The notes beneath the pieces were generated by a model, which made no database searches, was not told where the DNA came from, and saw only the letters and a program-made list of their open reading frames with translations. A stretch of 63,773 nucleotides of DNA, the filler included, from Octopus bimaculoides (lineage: Eukaryota): NCBI RefSeq assembly GCF_001194135.2. It is 6 parts of 5 records of this genome, joined end to end, with 100 filler letters (N's around TTAATTAATTAA, not from the genome) between each part and the next. Parts side by side here need not be neighbours in the genome. Positions count along the whole stretch, not along the records: positions 17,223 to 38,979 come from NC_068982.1; positions 39,080 to 55,132 come from NC_068982.1; 4 more parts are not named here. The stretch is one strand, 5' to 3'. Both the position numbers and the translations under genes were made by a program. Of this stretch, positions 36,399-49,968 are shown piece by piece; position 1 is the first letter of the stretch, and each line of letters starts with the position of its first letter.

Positions 36399-36525
36399 CA
36401 TACAAACAAAAATACCCCGTTGTTGATGTTGGAGCCTTGGATCTATATTAGAAACCGGTTCTTTCTCTATTGGCAAGAAATCCTGAAATAAAACTGAATA
36501 ATGACATACATACATACATATATAC
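36395..36525 (+). mobile_element. 3' UTR of the CATA-tailed RLE LINE
   Basis: Matches 9065-9192; ends aactgaataatga-(cata)n. Confidence 0.7.
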
Positions 36526-36549
36526 ATCGGTAAGAGTTTCATAGGCATT

Positions 36550-36706
36550 CAGTGTCGAAGCTAGAGTGCGTTCCATACGGAGTAGCCCTTGTATTTGCCT
36601 CCTCCACCCAAGGCCCTAAGCCTATGCAGACTAATACCAAAAACCCAAAAGTGCTTTCTTCATAAAAGCGTCGCCATGGGCGGACCATCACCTTACTACG
36701 CTACTT
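36550..36706. mobile_element. Degenerate hAT-type MITE
   Basis: TIR-like CAGTGTCGAAGCTAG / CTTACTACGCTACTT; 8-bp TSD-like TAGGCATT/TGGGCACT (6/8). Confidence 0.45.
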
Positions 36707-36788
36707 TGGGCACTGTCTTTTCCCCGCAAACGTTAAAAAAGTTGTATGAGTTGACTTCACAGTTGAAGGATCAAGTACAGGAAACACA

Positions 36789-36832
<44 letters not shown>

Positions 36833-38351
36833 TTTCAATAAACAAACATACATGCCTNNNNNNNNNNNNNNNNNNNNNNNNNNNNNNNNNNNNNNNNNNN
36901 NNNNNNNNNNNNNNNNNNNNNNNNNNNNNNNNNNNNNNNNNNNNNNNNNNNNNNNNNNNNNNNNNNNNNNNNNNNNNNNNNNNNNNNNNNNNNNNNNNNN
37001 NNNNNNNNNNNNNNNNNNNNNNNNNNNNNNNNNNNNNNNNNNNNNNNNNNNNNNNNNNNNNNNNNNNNNNNNNNNNNNNNNNNNNNNNNNNNNNNNNNNN
37101 NNNNNNNNNNNNNNNNNNNNNNNNNNNNNNNNNNNTATATATATATATATATATATATATATCATACTACCTGCAATACTTCATATGCAAACATCGAAAA
37201 TTTGTTAACGGCCGAGTGTTATAGAAAATAAGCGCGTAGCAAATGAAGGTGTGACGAGGGAAGTGTATGGAGTCTTCTTTGATAAATATGTTACGAACAG
37301 CTTCCTCGATTCTAACTCAGGATTTGAAACCGAATCTACAAATTTCTACAAGTTCTCTTCCTATTTTCCTCGGCTTTTGCACTTAGAAAGTTACGTCACA
37401 GTTAGGTTCTATTGTTTAAGTTAACATTCATAGGTTAAAGAGGGTTCAGGCAAATAAGAAGCAGAACCCCAAATCGGTTCTACCTCTTTGGTCCCTTAGC
37501 ACCTAGTCGAAGAACACATTTCTATTTTCCTCCTCTTTCGCTTGGCTTCCTTGCTAGAAGAGCACTTCAAGTTTGATTTGTCGCTGCGCGACTACATGGT
37601 TTACATCCTCTCTACTTGTTTAAATTCTTTTAATCTTTCTCTCTCCTTTCCTGCTTTTGTGACGATGAAGATCAATTTTATAACGGTTGAAGTTGATTTG
37701 TAAACAATAAGATAGATGTAATCTGTTTGTAAGGATTGGTTCTTCGTTGATTGCCATTATGTAAAGATGAAAGACCAGTGATTGAAGTTGTGAAGAAAAT
37801 ATTTATTTTACCGTTACATTATACAATATCTTAACTCGATGGGCAGGTGATGAAATCGTAGAGCATGTAAAGTAAAGTTAGATGTCGTAGATTTTCCTTG
37901 TATAGTTTTGTGTACCCGATTTCTTAGTAGTAAACCATAGAGAGAGATATGGTAATGTGCAGAGAAGAGAAAGTAATTTAGTGAAAGTGAGAGAGTGTGG
38001 GACGAAACAACTGCTCCGTTGGTACGTTACCATAGTTGTTCTCTTTGTGCCCTTTTCTTTAGAGACGGCGTTTGGGATCTTTTTGGTTTGACGGGAAACA
38101 TTTTTCATTTATGTTTTATGTAGTNNNNNNNNNNNNNNNNNNNNNNNNNNNNNNNNNNNNNNNNNNNNNNNNNNNNNNNNNNNNNNNNNNNNNNNNNNNN
38201 NNNNNNNNNNNNNNNNNNNNNNNNCAGAGAGAGAGATAGAGAGACAGAGAGAGAGAGAGAGACAGAGAGAGAGACAGAGAGAGAGACGGATGGAGAGACA
38301 GAAAGAGAGATGAAGACAGAAGAACAGAGATAGATTGAGAGAGAGAGTGAC

Positions 38352-38392
<41 letters not shown>

Positions 38393-38394
<2 letters not shown>

Positions 38395-38979
38395 CGCATG
38401 TATGGATGTACGTACGTGCGGAAGTTAGTATGTATGGATGTACTTACATGCCTACGTAAGTATGTATGTATGTACGTACGTGCCTACGTACGTATGTATT
38501 GATGTACATACGTACGTATGGATGTACGTACGTCCATACGTACGTATGTATAGATGTACTTACGTACCTACGAACGTATGTATGGATGTACATACGTACC
38601 TACCTAATTATGTATGGATGTACGTACGTAACTACGTACGTATGCATGGATGTACGTACGTAACTACGTACTTATGTATGGATGTACGTACGTACGTACA
38701 TACATACGTTTGTGTGGATGTACGTACGTACCTACGTACGTACCTACGTACGTATGTATGGATGTACGTACGTGCCTACGTTAGTATGTATGGGTATACG
38801 TACGTGCCTACGTTAGTATGTATGGATGTAAGTACGTGCCTACGTACGTATGTATGGATGTACGTACGTACGTACCTACGTATGTATGGATGAACAAACG
38901 TACCTACGTACGTGTGCATGGATGTACGTAAGTACCTACGTACGTATGTATGGATGTACGTACGTATGGATGTACGTTC
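38393..38979. repeat. Complex satellite built on ~20-nt TACGTACGTATGTATGGATG units
   Basis: Recurring tatgtatggatgtacgtac motif with variable spacers, running into a join. Confidence 0.85.
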
Positions 38980-39079
38980 NNNNNNNNNNNNNNNNNNNNN
39001 NNNNNNNNNNNNNNNNNNNNNNNTTAATTAATTAANNNNNNNNNNNNNNNNNNNNNNNNNNNNNNNNNNNNNNNNNNNN
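38980..39079. other. Scaffolding join (44N + TTAATTAATTAA + 44N)
   Basis: Same construct as 17123-17222. Confidence 0.9.
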
Positions 39080-39405
39080 ACTGGCTCATGTGCAGGCAAC
39101 ACATGAAATCTTTTGAGCGAGATCATTGCCAGTGCCCCTGAACTGGCTCTTGTGCGGGTGACACATGAGGTTTTTTGAGCGAGATGAGCGTGGCCGTTGC
39201 CAGTACCGCCTGACTGGCCTTCGTGCGGGTGACACGTAAAAGCACCCAATACACTCTCTGAGTGGTTGGCGTTAGGAAGGGCATCCAGCTGTAGAAACTC
39301 TGCCAAATCAGATTGGAGCCTGGTGTAGCCATCTGGTTTCACCAGTCCTCAGTCAAATCGTCCAACCCATGCTAGCATGGAAAGCGGACGTTAAACGACG
39401 ACGAC
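39080..39405 (+). mobile_element. RTE-type LINE/SINE 3' UTR with tandem modules and a (GAC/GAT)n tail
   Basis: ggcgttaggaagggcatccagctgtagaaac...ccatgctagcatggaaagcggacgttaaacgacgacgac. Related tails at ~32130, 41920, 44880, 48620, 50200, 52825, 53390 and 63045. Confidence 0.75.
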
Positions 39406-40258
39406 ATTTGCTGCCCCCACTGTTTGATAACTAGTGTTGGGTTCCTTACACTCACTCAATTCAGAGCAAAAGGAATGGTTAGAATAAGTACCAGACTTAA
39501 ACATGAAAATAAAAATTAAAATTAAAAATATTGGGGTTGATTTGTTTGACTAAAACCCTTCAAAGTGGTGCCCCAGTATGGTCACAATCCAGCGACTGAT
39601 ACAAGTAAAAGATAATTTGAACTGAGCATTGCATGCTACAGAAGTTATTGGTGTTTTGGCTGAGATAAGTTCTTCAGTCTGACATGTAATACATCAGTGA
39701 AGATGGGATAGGAATAGTTATTCTCTTCTGTTGATAGGCCAGCACCTCATTAATTTAGCCTGCTACAATTTTTAGGTCCACATATTTCTTCCATTGTATA
39801 TTTTTTTTGCAGGCACAGTGTGATCAAATGGTTTTAGGAAATTCATGTTACAATCACGAGAACCCGAGTTTGATTTTGCTGCATGACATCTTGGTTGAAT
39901 GTCATTTTCTACAGCCTCGGGTCAATCCATACTTTGTGAGTGAAAATGAGAAAATGGAAAATGTATATAGAAAGAAGCCTGTTGAACTGAAGGGGAAAGA
40001 AAGTTGGAATGTCAGCCTAGTATTTGTAATGTCTTGATGGAAAGGACCAAGGGTAACCTCAAATGGGTTGGTATGAAAAGGACAAACATGATTATGGAGG
40101 ACCAAAAGAAGACAAGGAACAAATAAATAAATAAATAAAAGGATAGTATTTGAAATTGTTCCTTAGAATAAAAGACTTCAGAATGGTTTTCTTATTTTTG
40201 GCTTCTTTTACTTTTAACTTGCTGAGTCTTGAGGAAAGGTTGGTGCCCATTATATACA

Positions 40259-40307
<49 letters not shown>

Positions 40308-41399
40308 NNNNNNNNNNNNNNNNNNNNNNNNNNNNNNNNNNNNNNNNNNNNNNNNNNNNNNNNNNNNNNNNNNNNNNNNNNNNNNNNNNNNNNNNNNNNN
40401 NNNNNNNNNNNNNNNNNNNNNNNNNNNNNNNNNNNNNNNNNNNNNNNNNNNNNNNNNNNNNNNNNNNNNNNNNNNNNNNNNNNNNNNNNNNNNNNNNNNN
40501 NNNNNNNNNNNNNNNNNNNNNNNNNNNNNNNNNNNNNNNNNNNNNNNNNNNNNNNNNNNNNNNNNNNNNNNNNNNNNNNNNNNNNNNNNNNNNNNNNNNN
40601 NNNNNNNNNNNNNNNNNNNNNNNNNNNNNNNNNNNNNNNNNNNNNNNNNNNNNNNNNNNNNNNNNNNNNNNNNNNNNNNNNNNNNNNNNNNNNNNNNNNN
40701 NNNNNNNNNNNNNNNNNNNNNNNNNNNNNNNNNNNNNNNNNNNNNNNNNNNNNNNNNNNNNNNNNNNNNNNNNNNNNNNNNNNNNNNNNNNNNNNNNNNN
40801 NNNNNNNNNNNNNNNNNNNNNNNNNNNNNNNNNNNNAAAGCATTTTGCCCAGCGCACTAACGTTTCTGCCAGCTCTCGGCCTTTCTGTTGACACATATTG
40901 CAACGGAAGGATGTGAAGTAAAGCCACTTTTTTTTCTTAAGTGAATAAATAATATGAGGTGGAGATTCTTGTAGATAAACAATTTTGACATTGTATTCTT
41001 GCATCAAACACAGTTGATGTTTCTGGCAGATATCAAAGTGACAAAAAAATAAAAAACCTCGTTTTCTTTTTTCTCATTTTTTGTCGGGGAGGAAGACAAA
41101 GTTCTTTAAGGAAGAAATGGCAGCACAAGTCTGCATGTGTGTGTGTGTGTGTGTGTGTAGTGTGTGGGGGAGATGTGCAGTGGTTTGCAAATGAATGGAA
41201 AGACGAGGTGAGTCATTAGTGAATAGAGAAATGTGGTGGGTCATAGTTGAAGAGATATGGCGTTATCTATTGTTAAAGCCCTACACTTTTTCTGAATAAT
41301 AATAATAATAATAATAATAAATAATAAAAAGTGCAGATTCAATGTCAAATAAAATTGAGTGTTATTGAATAAATAAACATATAATATAATAGCATACTA

Positions 41400-41434
<35 letters not shown>

Positions 41435-41582
41435 CACACACACACATATATATGCTGTCACTGCAGACTATAAAGATACAACATTTCATTGACTGACTGT
41501 CAATGCTGACATTGTTGTTGCTGTTCACTAGAATACTGTGCAGCTATACTAAAAAATAAAACTGCAAATAAGTAAATAATAC

Positions 41583-41629
<47 letters not shown>

Positions 41630-42084
41630 GCACACACACACATATTTAATATATTTATATGAGACTGTGTAGTTAGAATGGTGCAGTTTGTTATGACAGC
41701 TAGAGAACATTAGCAAACACAACCTGACTCAACTGCCAATAACTGTTTCAGATGGAACCAAAAGATACAGTTCCACAAACTACTACATGGCTGTCACAGT
41801 TTGAAAACAAATTCTACAAGCTATTATCACAGGAAAGAAAAAAAACAAACTAAACAAAACCTATTGTATAAAAACACAAACTCATAAAATAAACTTTTTT
41901 CATCATTATTTTAGCATACAGTTTCCCATGCTTTGTTGAGGCAGATTTTCTACTGCTGGATGCTCTTCCTGAAATTAGCATCTGTTTCCAAGCAATGTAA
42001 TATCTCCCACCTCTCCACCAGACCAGTGAACACAAACAGCACAAAAGCCAGATATGTTTTCATAGAAGACTGCAAATGAATGAC

Positions 42085-43130
42085 AGTGTGAGAGAGAAAA
42101 TTGTGATGTCACAGGAGAGAAATGTGTCTGCATGGATGATGGTGCACTTGCTTTCAATGATTCTGCAAAGAAAGAGGCTTGAGAAGCCATTATGAAAGGC
42201 TGCTGAATGTGGAGAATGAATGGGAGGAGGAGAGCCTGCCAAATGACCCAGTAGAGGGACCAGCTATCTGAATAGTTAACACCCTGGTAGATAAAGCAAT
42301 TAAGGATATGAAATCAGGAAAAGACCCTGGCCCATCAGGAATCACTGCTGAGATGCTTAAAATATCTGGTGGTGTGGGTTATTGCCTAGTCACTCATATT
42401 GTAAAACAGGTGGTTTACGAAGGAGTCATACCCAATGACTGGTGTAGCAGCACCATAGTCAACTGTTACAAAGGTAAAGGCAATGCTTTAGACAGAAATA
42501 ACTACAGGGGTATCAAACTGCTGGATCAGGTGATGAAGGTCATGAAGAGGGTCAACTAATTAGGGAGAGGGTCTGCTTAGATGAGATGCAGTCTGGTTTT
42601 GTGCCAGGTAGAAGCACCACTGATGCTATATTCCTGGTACGGCAATTGCAGGAGAAATACCTAGCCAAAAATAAACTCCTATCCTTGGAGAAAGCCTTTG
42701 ACAGAGTCCCCTGGTCTCTTATCTGGTGGGCGATGAAGAAACTGGGGATTGAGGAGTGGTTAATAAGAGCTCTACAGGCTCTGTACAGGGATGCCATTAG
42801 TAAGGTAAGGGTCGGCAATGAGTATAGTGAAGAATTCCAGGTAGACTGAGAGGTTCCCCAAAGATCAGCCCTCAGCCCCCTCTAATTCATCATAGTCCTC
42901 TAGGCAATAACAGAGGAATTCAAGACAGGTTGCCCCTGGAAGCTCCTCTATGCTGGTGACCTTGCTCTCATAGCAGAATCACTACCAGAACTAGAGAAGA
43001 AATTTCAGGTATGGAAGCAAAGTTTAGAATCGAAGGGCCTTAGAGGTAATGTTGCAAAAACCAAAGTCCTAGTAAGTAGGAAGGCGGACACGTCACAAAC
43101 CCCTTTAGGTAGATGGCCCTGCTCAATCTG
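42085..43130 (+). pseudogene. RTE-clade LINE reverse transcriptase fragment
   Basis: GKDPGPSGITAEMLK...YKGKG..NYRGIKLL/QSGFVPGRSTTDAIF..LEKAFDRVP...LLYAGD (decayed YADD). Confidence 0.9.
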
Positions 43131-43132
43131 TG

Positions 43133-43188
<56 letters not shown>

Positions 43189-44638
43189 TAATTGCATGCA
43201 TGCATCCATTCTCTTTTTTATCTTAATCCAAATATATGCTTCATATATAATTTATTTTTAAAAAATAACTGTTTACATTGTAGCTTAGATATGTTACTTG
43301 TGATACCTACCATGCAATATATGAATTAATTCATTCCAAGTAAAAATAGATTTCTAGCAATATTATAAAATAATTCCTAATCCTTTCCCTTTAGCATTCA
43401 GATTATTCTGTCAAATTTAATGCTTATTTATTACCACTATTTTGTATTAATCAAATATTATCTTATAGCTTTGAGATTTTGATGATGTGATTGTTTATTT
43501 TAAAATGACATTTTAGGTTAGGTGTGAGAAGCTTGATCTGGTCAGTTTGAACATAAAACAGGTTGATTTTAAAGCATATTGAAATTCACTGATTTATGCA
43601 TGTGTATGCACACAGACACACACACACACAAACGTGTAGTTTAGAAGCTTGCTTTGCAACCATGTGGGTTTTGGCTTAGTGCCACTGTGTGGTACCTTGG
43701 GCAAGTGACTCCAACTCAAGTTCCTGGCTCTTTTAGAAGCAGATTAAGGAACACCTACAAGTCTTATCTTAGAGATCAGCTATAGTTCAGTGACCTTTCT
43801 CACCACCACTTCACCCAGCTACATTAACACGTCAAGCTACATGGCCTATCACTGCTGCTGTTGCCACACCACACTACCCACTGCTACCTACACCACCAAA
43901 CTCAACCAACCACAACTACTAAAACAACTGACACACAAGCTAATGAAAGTAGTGCCTTTCATCACAACACATTCAAATGGGCAACTGATAACTACACATT
44001 TCTCTAAGTCCAATATTTTCCTCCTTTTATTTAAAAAGGGGAATACTTTCAGTACAATCATAGAAAATCTGCGTTAATATACTCTATCCAATCCATATCA
44101 ACAATGGAAAGTGGACATAAATGTATGTATATATGTGTGTGTGTGTGTGTGTGTGTGCATACACATGCATAAATCAGTGATTTTTCAATATGCTTTAAAA
44201 TCAACATCTTAATTAGCTTACTGTAGCAATAACTTTTATAAATAATTACAGCAAGAGAGATTTTTTTCCCCCCCTGCAATGCAAATGAATTAGCAATGAC
44301 TGGAAAATTTCACAGCTTCTCTTCTAGCTTACTGTGACCCTCTGGTCGATGGATAACTATAACTACTATTGTATATATGTCTATTCAAACTATGGATGTC
44401 ATGTAGTGTATTTTGAAACTATATAAAAGCTGAATCTATTTGAGCATGGTAAGCTTAAAGTGTGACTTATTCCCACTTGCCTGAAGAAAGGGCACTTTGT
44501 ACAGTTGGAATAGCCCAAGGGGTAGTGGTGGCATGATACTGAAGAATGAGAACTATGCATAAACCTTCAATCAATATCTGAGGAAGATACCATTAGCATG
44601 CAACAGCAGACTTGGTTGCACAGTATTTGTATATGATG

Positions 44639-44675
<37 letters not shown>

Positions 44676-45339
44676 CACCCCTCTTCTTCTTTCTCACACA
44701 ACCACATACATTCTCTCATAGAAAATGCATACATTTATATTTAAATACATTCTACATTATTTAACATTAATAATTCATTAGGAATTAGATAATATTCTGG
44801 TCATTTGTGCATGTCTATATGTGTATATAAGCATATTCATTGCATATATAATCATGTATTTACATATTATCATCATCATCATCATCATCATCGTCATCAT
44901 TTTAATGTCTACTTTTCTATGCTTGCAAGTGTCATAAAGACTATGTCAGGGCATATTTTTCTACTGCTGGATGCCCTTCCTGACACCAACCTTTATCTAT
45001 TTCCAAGCAAAGCAATAATTCTCTTGTCTATCAAATAATGAACCACCCAGATATGTTTACATAGAGAACTGGAAACAAATAATACTGTTTGTATGAATGG
45101 CAAAACTTGTTAAAGAAGATCTTGCAGCATGTCAAGACATGTCAAGAAGCCCAAACATGCTATCACAGTGAACTGAAAGAAAATGAACACTGTCAATATG
45201 AATAATGAGGCTTTTAGACTTGTTGCAAATAATCTGATCAAATATTTATTTTGTATTTATTTATATTTAACACTTCTTTTACATTGTTTTATACTGACCT
45301 CACTGTGTAAGGTCCATATTAGATATGGGGCATAAACAA

Positions 45340-45464
45340 AGATACAGGGGCTAACCAAAACCTTAGGAGTGGATTTAGTAGATGGAAACTGAAAGAAGCC
45401 CGTCATATATATGTATGTATGTATGTGTGTCTGTTTGTGTGTGTGTGTGTGTGTGTGTATGTGT

Positions 45465-45524
<60 letters not shown>

Positions 45525-46100
45525 ACGTCTTTATGCCCGTTCCCACCCCACCACTTGGCAAGTGGTGTTGGTGTGTTTCTGTCCCTGTAACTTAGCAGTT
45601 CAGCAAAAGAGATTGATAGAATAAGTACCAGTACTTTAAAAAGAATGGGTAGTGGGATCAATTCATTTGACTAGAATTCTTCAAGGTGGTGCCTCAGCAT
45701 GGCCACAGTCTAATGACTAAAACAAGTAAGAGATAAAAGATAAAAATGAAGAGAATAAAGAAGAGAAAGACTTTGTAGGAGATCAACGGAAATTCCGAAT
45801 TTAAATTTTATATCCAGAGTTGCTGTGTGGTTAAGAAGCCTGCTTTGCAACCTTGTGGTTTCAGATTCAGTCCCACTAAATGGCACCTTGGGTAAGTAAG
45901 TCTTCTACCATAGCCCCAAGCCAACCAGTGTTTTGTGAGTGAATTTTGTAGGCAGAAACAGTGTGGTAGTTCAAATATGCGTGTGTGTGTGTGTGTGTGT
46001 GTGTGTCTTTGTGTTTGTCTCCCACCACTACTTGACAACCAGTGTTGGTTTGTTTACATTCTCATAACTTAGCAGTTTTGCAAAAGATACCAATAGAATA
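45340..46100 (+). mobile_element. Two adjacent CpG-decayed SINE-A copies
   Basis: SINE-A body and tail with systematic CG to TG/CA changes. Confidence 0.8.
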
Positions 46101-46107
46101 AGAGATT

Positions 46108-46480
46108 TGTTTTGTTGGCACTCCATCGCTTACGACGTCGAGGGTTCCAGTTGATCCGATCAACAGAACAGCCTGCTCATGAAATTAACGTGCAAATGGC
46201 TGAGCACTCTACAGACACGTGTACCTTTAACGTAGTCCTCGGGGATATTCAGCATGACAGTGTGACAAGGCTGACCCTTTGAAATACAGGCACAACAGAA
46301 ATAGGAAGTAAGAGTGAGAGAAAGTTGTGGTGAAAGAGTACAGCAGGGTTCGCCACCATCCCCTGCAGGAGCCTCGTGGAGCTTTAGGTGTTTTCGCTCA
46401 ATAAACACTCACAACACCCGGTCTGAGAACCGAAACCGCGAGTCCACTGCCCTAACCACTGGGCCATTGCGCCTCCCAAC
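46108..46480 (-). mobile_element. SINE family B (alternative 3' tail)
   Basis: Head identical in type to the 16786 copy; tail shared with 3305-3730. Confidence 0.85.
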
Positions 46481-47457
46481 CAATAGAATAAATATCAGAC
46501 TTAAAAAAAATGTGCTGGGGTCAGTTTATTCAACTAAACCTTTCCAGTGACTGAAACAAATTGAAAATAAAAGATTCTTTCAGATGCTAGTATTTTAAAT
46601 ATTTTACATCATAATCATCATCTGTTTAATATACACTTTTCTACATTAGTATGGGTTGGATGGGTATAACTTGCCGAATATTTTTGGCTTAATTCCAAGC
46701 CTATCATTTCACCCATGAAGCCGTTTAGAACAGCTCACATTACGGAACATGATAAAATGAACAAAATGAAATATGATAATTAGTTGACCAGCTGGCACTG
46801 TTGACTCTGAGATATAATATTGAACAGGGTCCAGTTACAATTTCCCTAAAGATATGATGGTCATACATTAAATTTAATAGAATGTTAACTCAACTAGAAT
46901 AATGTATTTCACGTACTAATGTGAAAACATGTATTGCTGTAGGCTACAGAGTTAATATTGTAGCAGCAATATCTGCTTTTATTGCAGAGTTTGAAATTTC
47001 TATTCATTGAAAGATGGACGGACAATATAACTGATGAAATTACTTTTTTAAAAGCAAGCCAACAGCTGTTTATTACATTCAACCTCAGTTGTAATATCTC
47101 AGACATAACTAATCCAATCTTCCAATCCCATCACTTAATTTAGGGAATACTGGACCAAGCCAAGCAGAATTTCAGATACACTGCAGAGGGTTTATTTATT
47201 TATTTTTTTTTTTTTGAGAAGAGAAGGGTAGACAGTTAAATATTGAAATTGTCACAAATTTATTGAAGAACAATAATTAAGGATTAGACAGTGATATCTG
47301 CCACTACATCACATCACTAAGTTTAAATGATAAAACAGTTTTTAAAAAAATCAAAATATAACTACATGAGATAAAAGTTTAAAATAGCCTGAAAGTAACC
47401 TGCAATATAATTCACTACAAAAAAAAAAAAAAAATGATAATAATAATAATAATAATG

Positions 47458-47830
47458 GAAGTATCAGCACTCAACTACCAGCATGGCTCTAAAAGATTGG
47501 TACAAATGTTGATCAAAGAGAAAGAAGAAGAAAAATTAAACAACTACGAAGATTTGAAGTGGGAAATATAAAGGTTGTGGTCAATGAGGAGAGTAGACAT
47601 GATACCAATAGTAATTGGTGCACTTGGGAGTATCAGCACTCAACAACCAACATTGCTCAAAAAGATTGGTACAAATGTAAAGATAGAACACCTATAAAAA
47701 TCAGCATTGCTTGGAAGTGCAAGAATTTTTAGCAGGGTTCTTGAAGCATGACCAGTAAACAAGTGTCACCTTAGTCTGCTGGCTGTCATCACACCCAGCA
47801 AAATAAGCTGAGAGTTTTCATCAAATAATA
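47458..47830 (+). mobile_element. 5'-truncated Dong/R4-like LINE: RLE C-terminus plus 3' UTR, adjacent to (TAA)n
   Basis: EKEEEKLNNYEDLKWEI*RLW...IPIVIGALG...KSALLGSARIFSRVLEA*; preceded by (TAA)n and followed by AATAATAAT. Confidence 0.8.
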
Positions 47831-48876
47831 ATTTCAAATTTTGGCACAAGTCCAGCAGGTTCAGGGGAGGGGGCTAGTCAATTACATTGACCCCTATGCT
47901 CAACTGGTACTTATTCTATCAACCCCAGAAGGATGAAAGGCAAAGTCGACCTCAGTTTGAATTCAGAATGTAAAGATGGGCAAAATACCACTATTCATTT
48001 TGCCTAGCGTACTAATGATTCTGTCAGCTCATAATAATAATAATAATAGTTTTATAGGTCACAAGGGCCCATATAATCAATATACGAAACATGTAAAAAA
48101 GAGAGTTTCAAATGAAGCAGAGATGCATATACACAGTGTCAAGCTTCATTTGTAACAAATTAGAAATAACACAGATTTGATTTAGTATGAATTATAAAAT
48201 GATACCACTTTTCATCAAATACAAAGACTAAATTCGATTAAGCAGGAATTTTTTAAGTGTGAACATTAAAAAATCTGTTTGTCTTATGACATGGTGACTC
48301 ATCAGCAGTCAGTTTGCTTTTGGCTGTTGTCATCCAATTATGATTTGCTGCAGTTATTTATGAATTTTCAAATGCAGCTGGTATGCTGGTTGTCATTTTC
48401 AACTGATTGATGTGGTACAGGGGGAAGATGCCACTGTCTATATTGCAATTATCTTAATCCTATAAGCTGCCCCCAGTAAATATGGAAGAAGGGAAAAATA
48501 TTTCTATTGCCAAAAGAAAGAGATATACTATAGCATGGAAGCAAGAATTTGATGCAAAAGGAGCTATAGACATTGTGGTGATAGCAATTTGAAAATTGGC
48601 AGTAATCTTAGCATATATAAATCATCATCATCATCATTTTAACATCCACTTTACCCACATTTGCATGGGTCAAGCAAAATTTATTAAGGTAGATTTTCTA
48701 TGGCCAGATGCCCCTCTGTCACTAACCCTCACCTTTTTTTTTCCAAGTAAAGTAATATCCAACCCATGACCAGATATGTTTTCTTTTCATAGAGGATTGG
48801 AAATGATGGATACCACTTGTATTACAGAGACACTCATTTACAGCCATCACATAATGTCAAGACAAGGAAACAGCAA

Positions 48877-48917
<41 letters not shown>

Positions 48918-49349
48918 CAACAAGAAGCTTCCTTCAGTTTTTGCCTACCAAATCCACTCACAAGGCTTTGGTCAGTCTGAGGCTATAGTTGAAGACATTT
49001 GCCCAAGGTGCTCTACAATGCAACTGAACCCAAAGCTATGTGGTTGGAAAGCCAACTCCTTAACCACAAGGCCATGCCTGCACCTTCAACAACAGTATGA
49101 AGCAAAATACAAAACAAAACATGCAACTGAAACAAAAGTCAAAATAAGTAAATTCGCATCAGACTTTTTTGGTGGTTTGCAAACAACTACAAGAAATAGA
49201 ACCACTACCGTGATTGAAATAAAACATCTTGCTGTATGAATTGAGGATTGTGATGAAAAAAAAAATGTATTTCTATTTCCAAAACTATAATTCAATCAGA
49301 AGTGTTGAGTATATTTACAGCTGTTAGAATTAATGGCAATCAAACCAAC

Positions 49350-49620
49350 ACTAAAGAGACATTTAATACAGGTGCTTGCAGGGTTTGAACGATTTAAGAA
49401 GAGAATTCATCAAAATAATGTAAAAGTTAGTGGAGAGTCGGACAACACTGATAAAGAAGCTATTGAAAAGAATTCTACTTATTGATTTTTCGAAAGGAAA
49501 TATTCAACAAAGATGGATAAACAAAACAACAAAATAAATTAACATGGACAAAACCAGATTATTTTGGAAAATGTGCCTCCAAAATGTTGCATTTCTAAAA
49601 ATGAAAAATCCAAACTAAGA
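49350..49620 (+). pseudogene. pogo/Tigger transposase fragment
   Basis: GFERFKKR..NNVKVSGESDNTDKEA and NMDKTRLFWKM (compare the Tigger motifs GWF.RFKKR and N.DETGLFWK). Confidence 0.7.
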
Positions 49621-49659
49621 CTGAAGGTTTGTAAGACCTGGTAGTGCTGGTTATGATGA

Positions 49660-49968
49660 TGAATGAGTGTTCCAGCTGATTTGATCAATAGAACATCCTG
49701 CTAGTGAAATTAATGTGCAAGTTGCTGAGCAATATTCAGATACATGTACCCTTAACATAGTTATCAGGGCAATTCAGTGGGACACAGAATGTGACAACAA
49801 GGTTGGCTCTTTGAATTACAGGTACAGCTCATTTTTGCCAGCTGAGTGGACTGGAGCATTGTGAAATAAGGTGTCTCACTTAAGGACACAACATGCCACT
49901 GGAAATTGAACGCATGACCTTACAATCATAAGCTGAATACCCTAACCACTAAACCATGTGTCTTCACA
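49660..49968 (-). mobile_element. SINE family D, old copy
   Basis: Family D head with the SINE-B-type 3' segment; CpG-depleted. Confidence 0.7.

Noticed and set aside
43785-43922. Pro/Thr-rich frame PFSPPLHPATLTRQATWP...
   Set aside because: Bounded by stops with no convincing splice sites; CA-rich low complexity.
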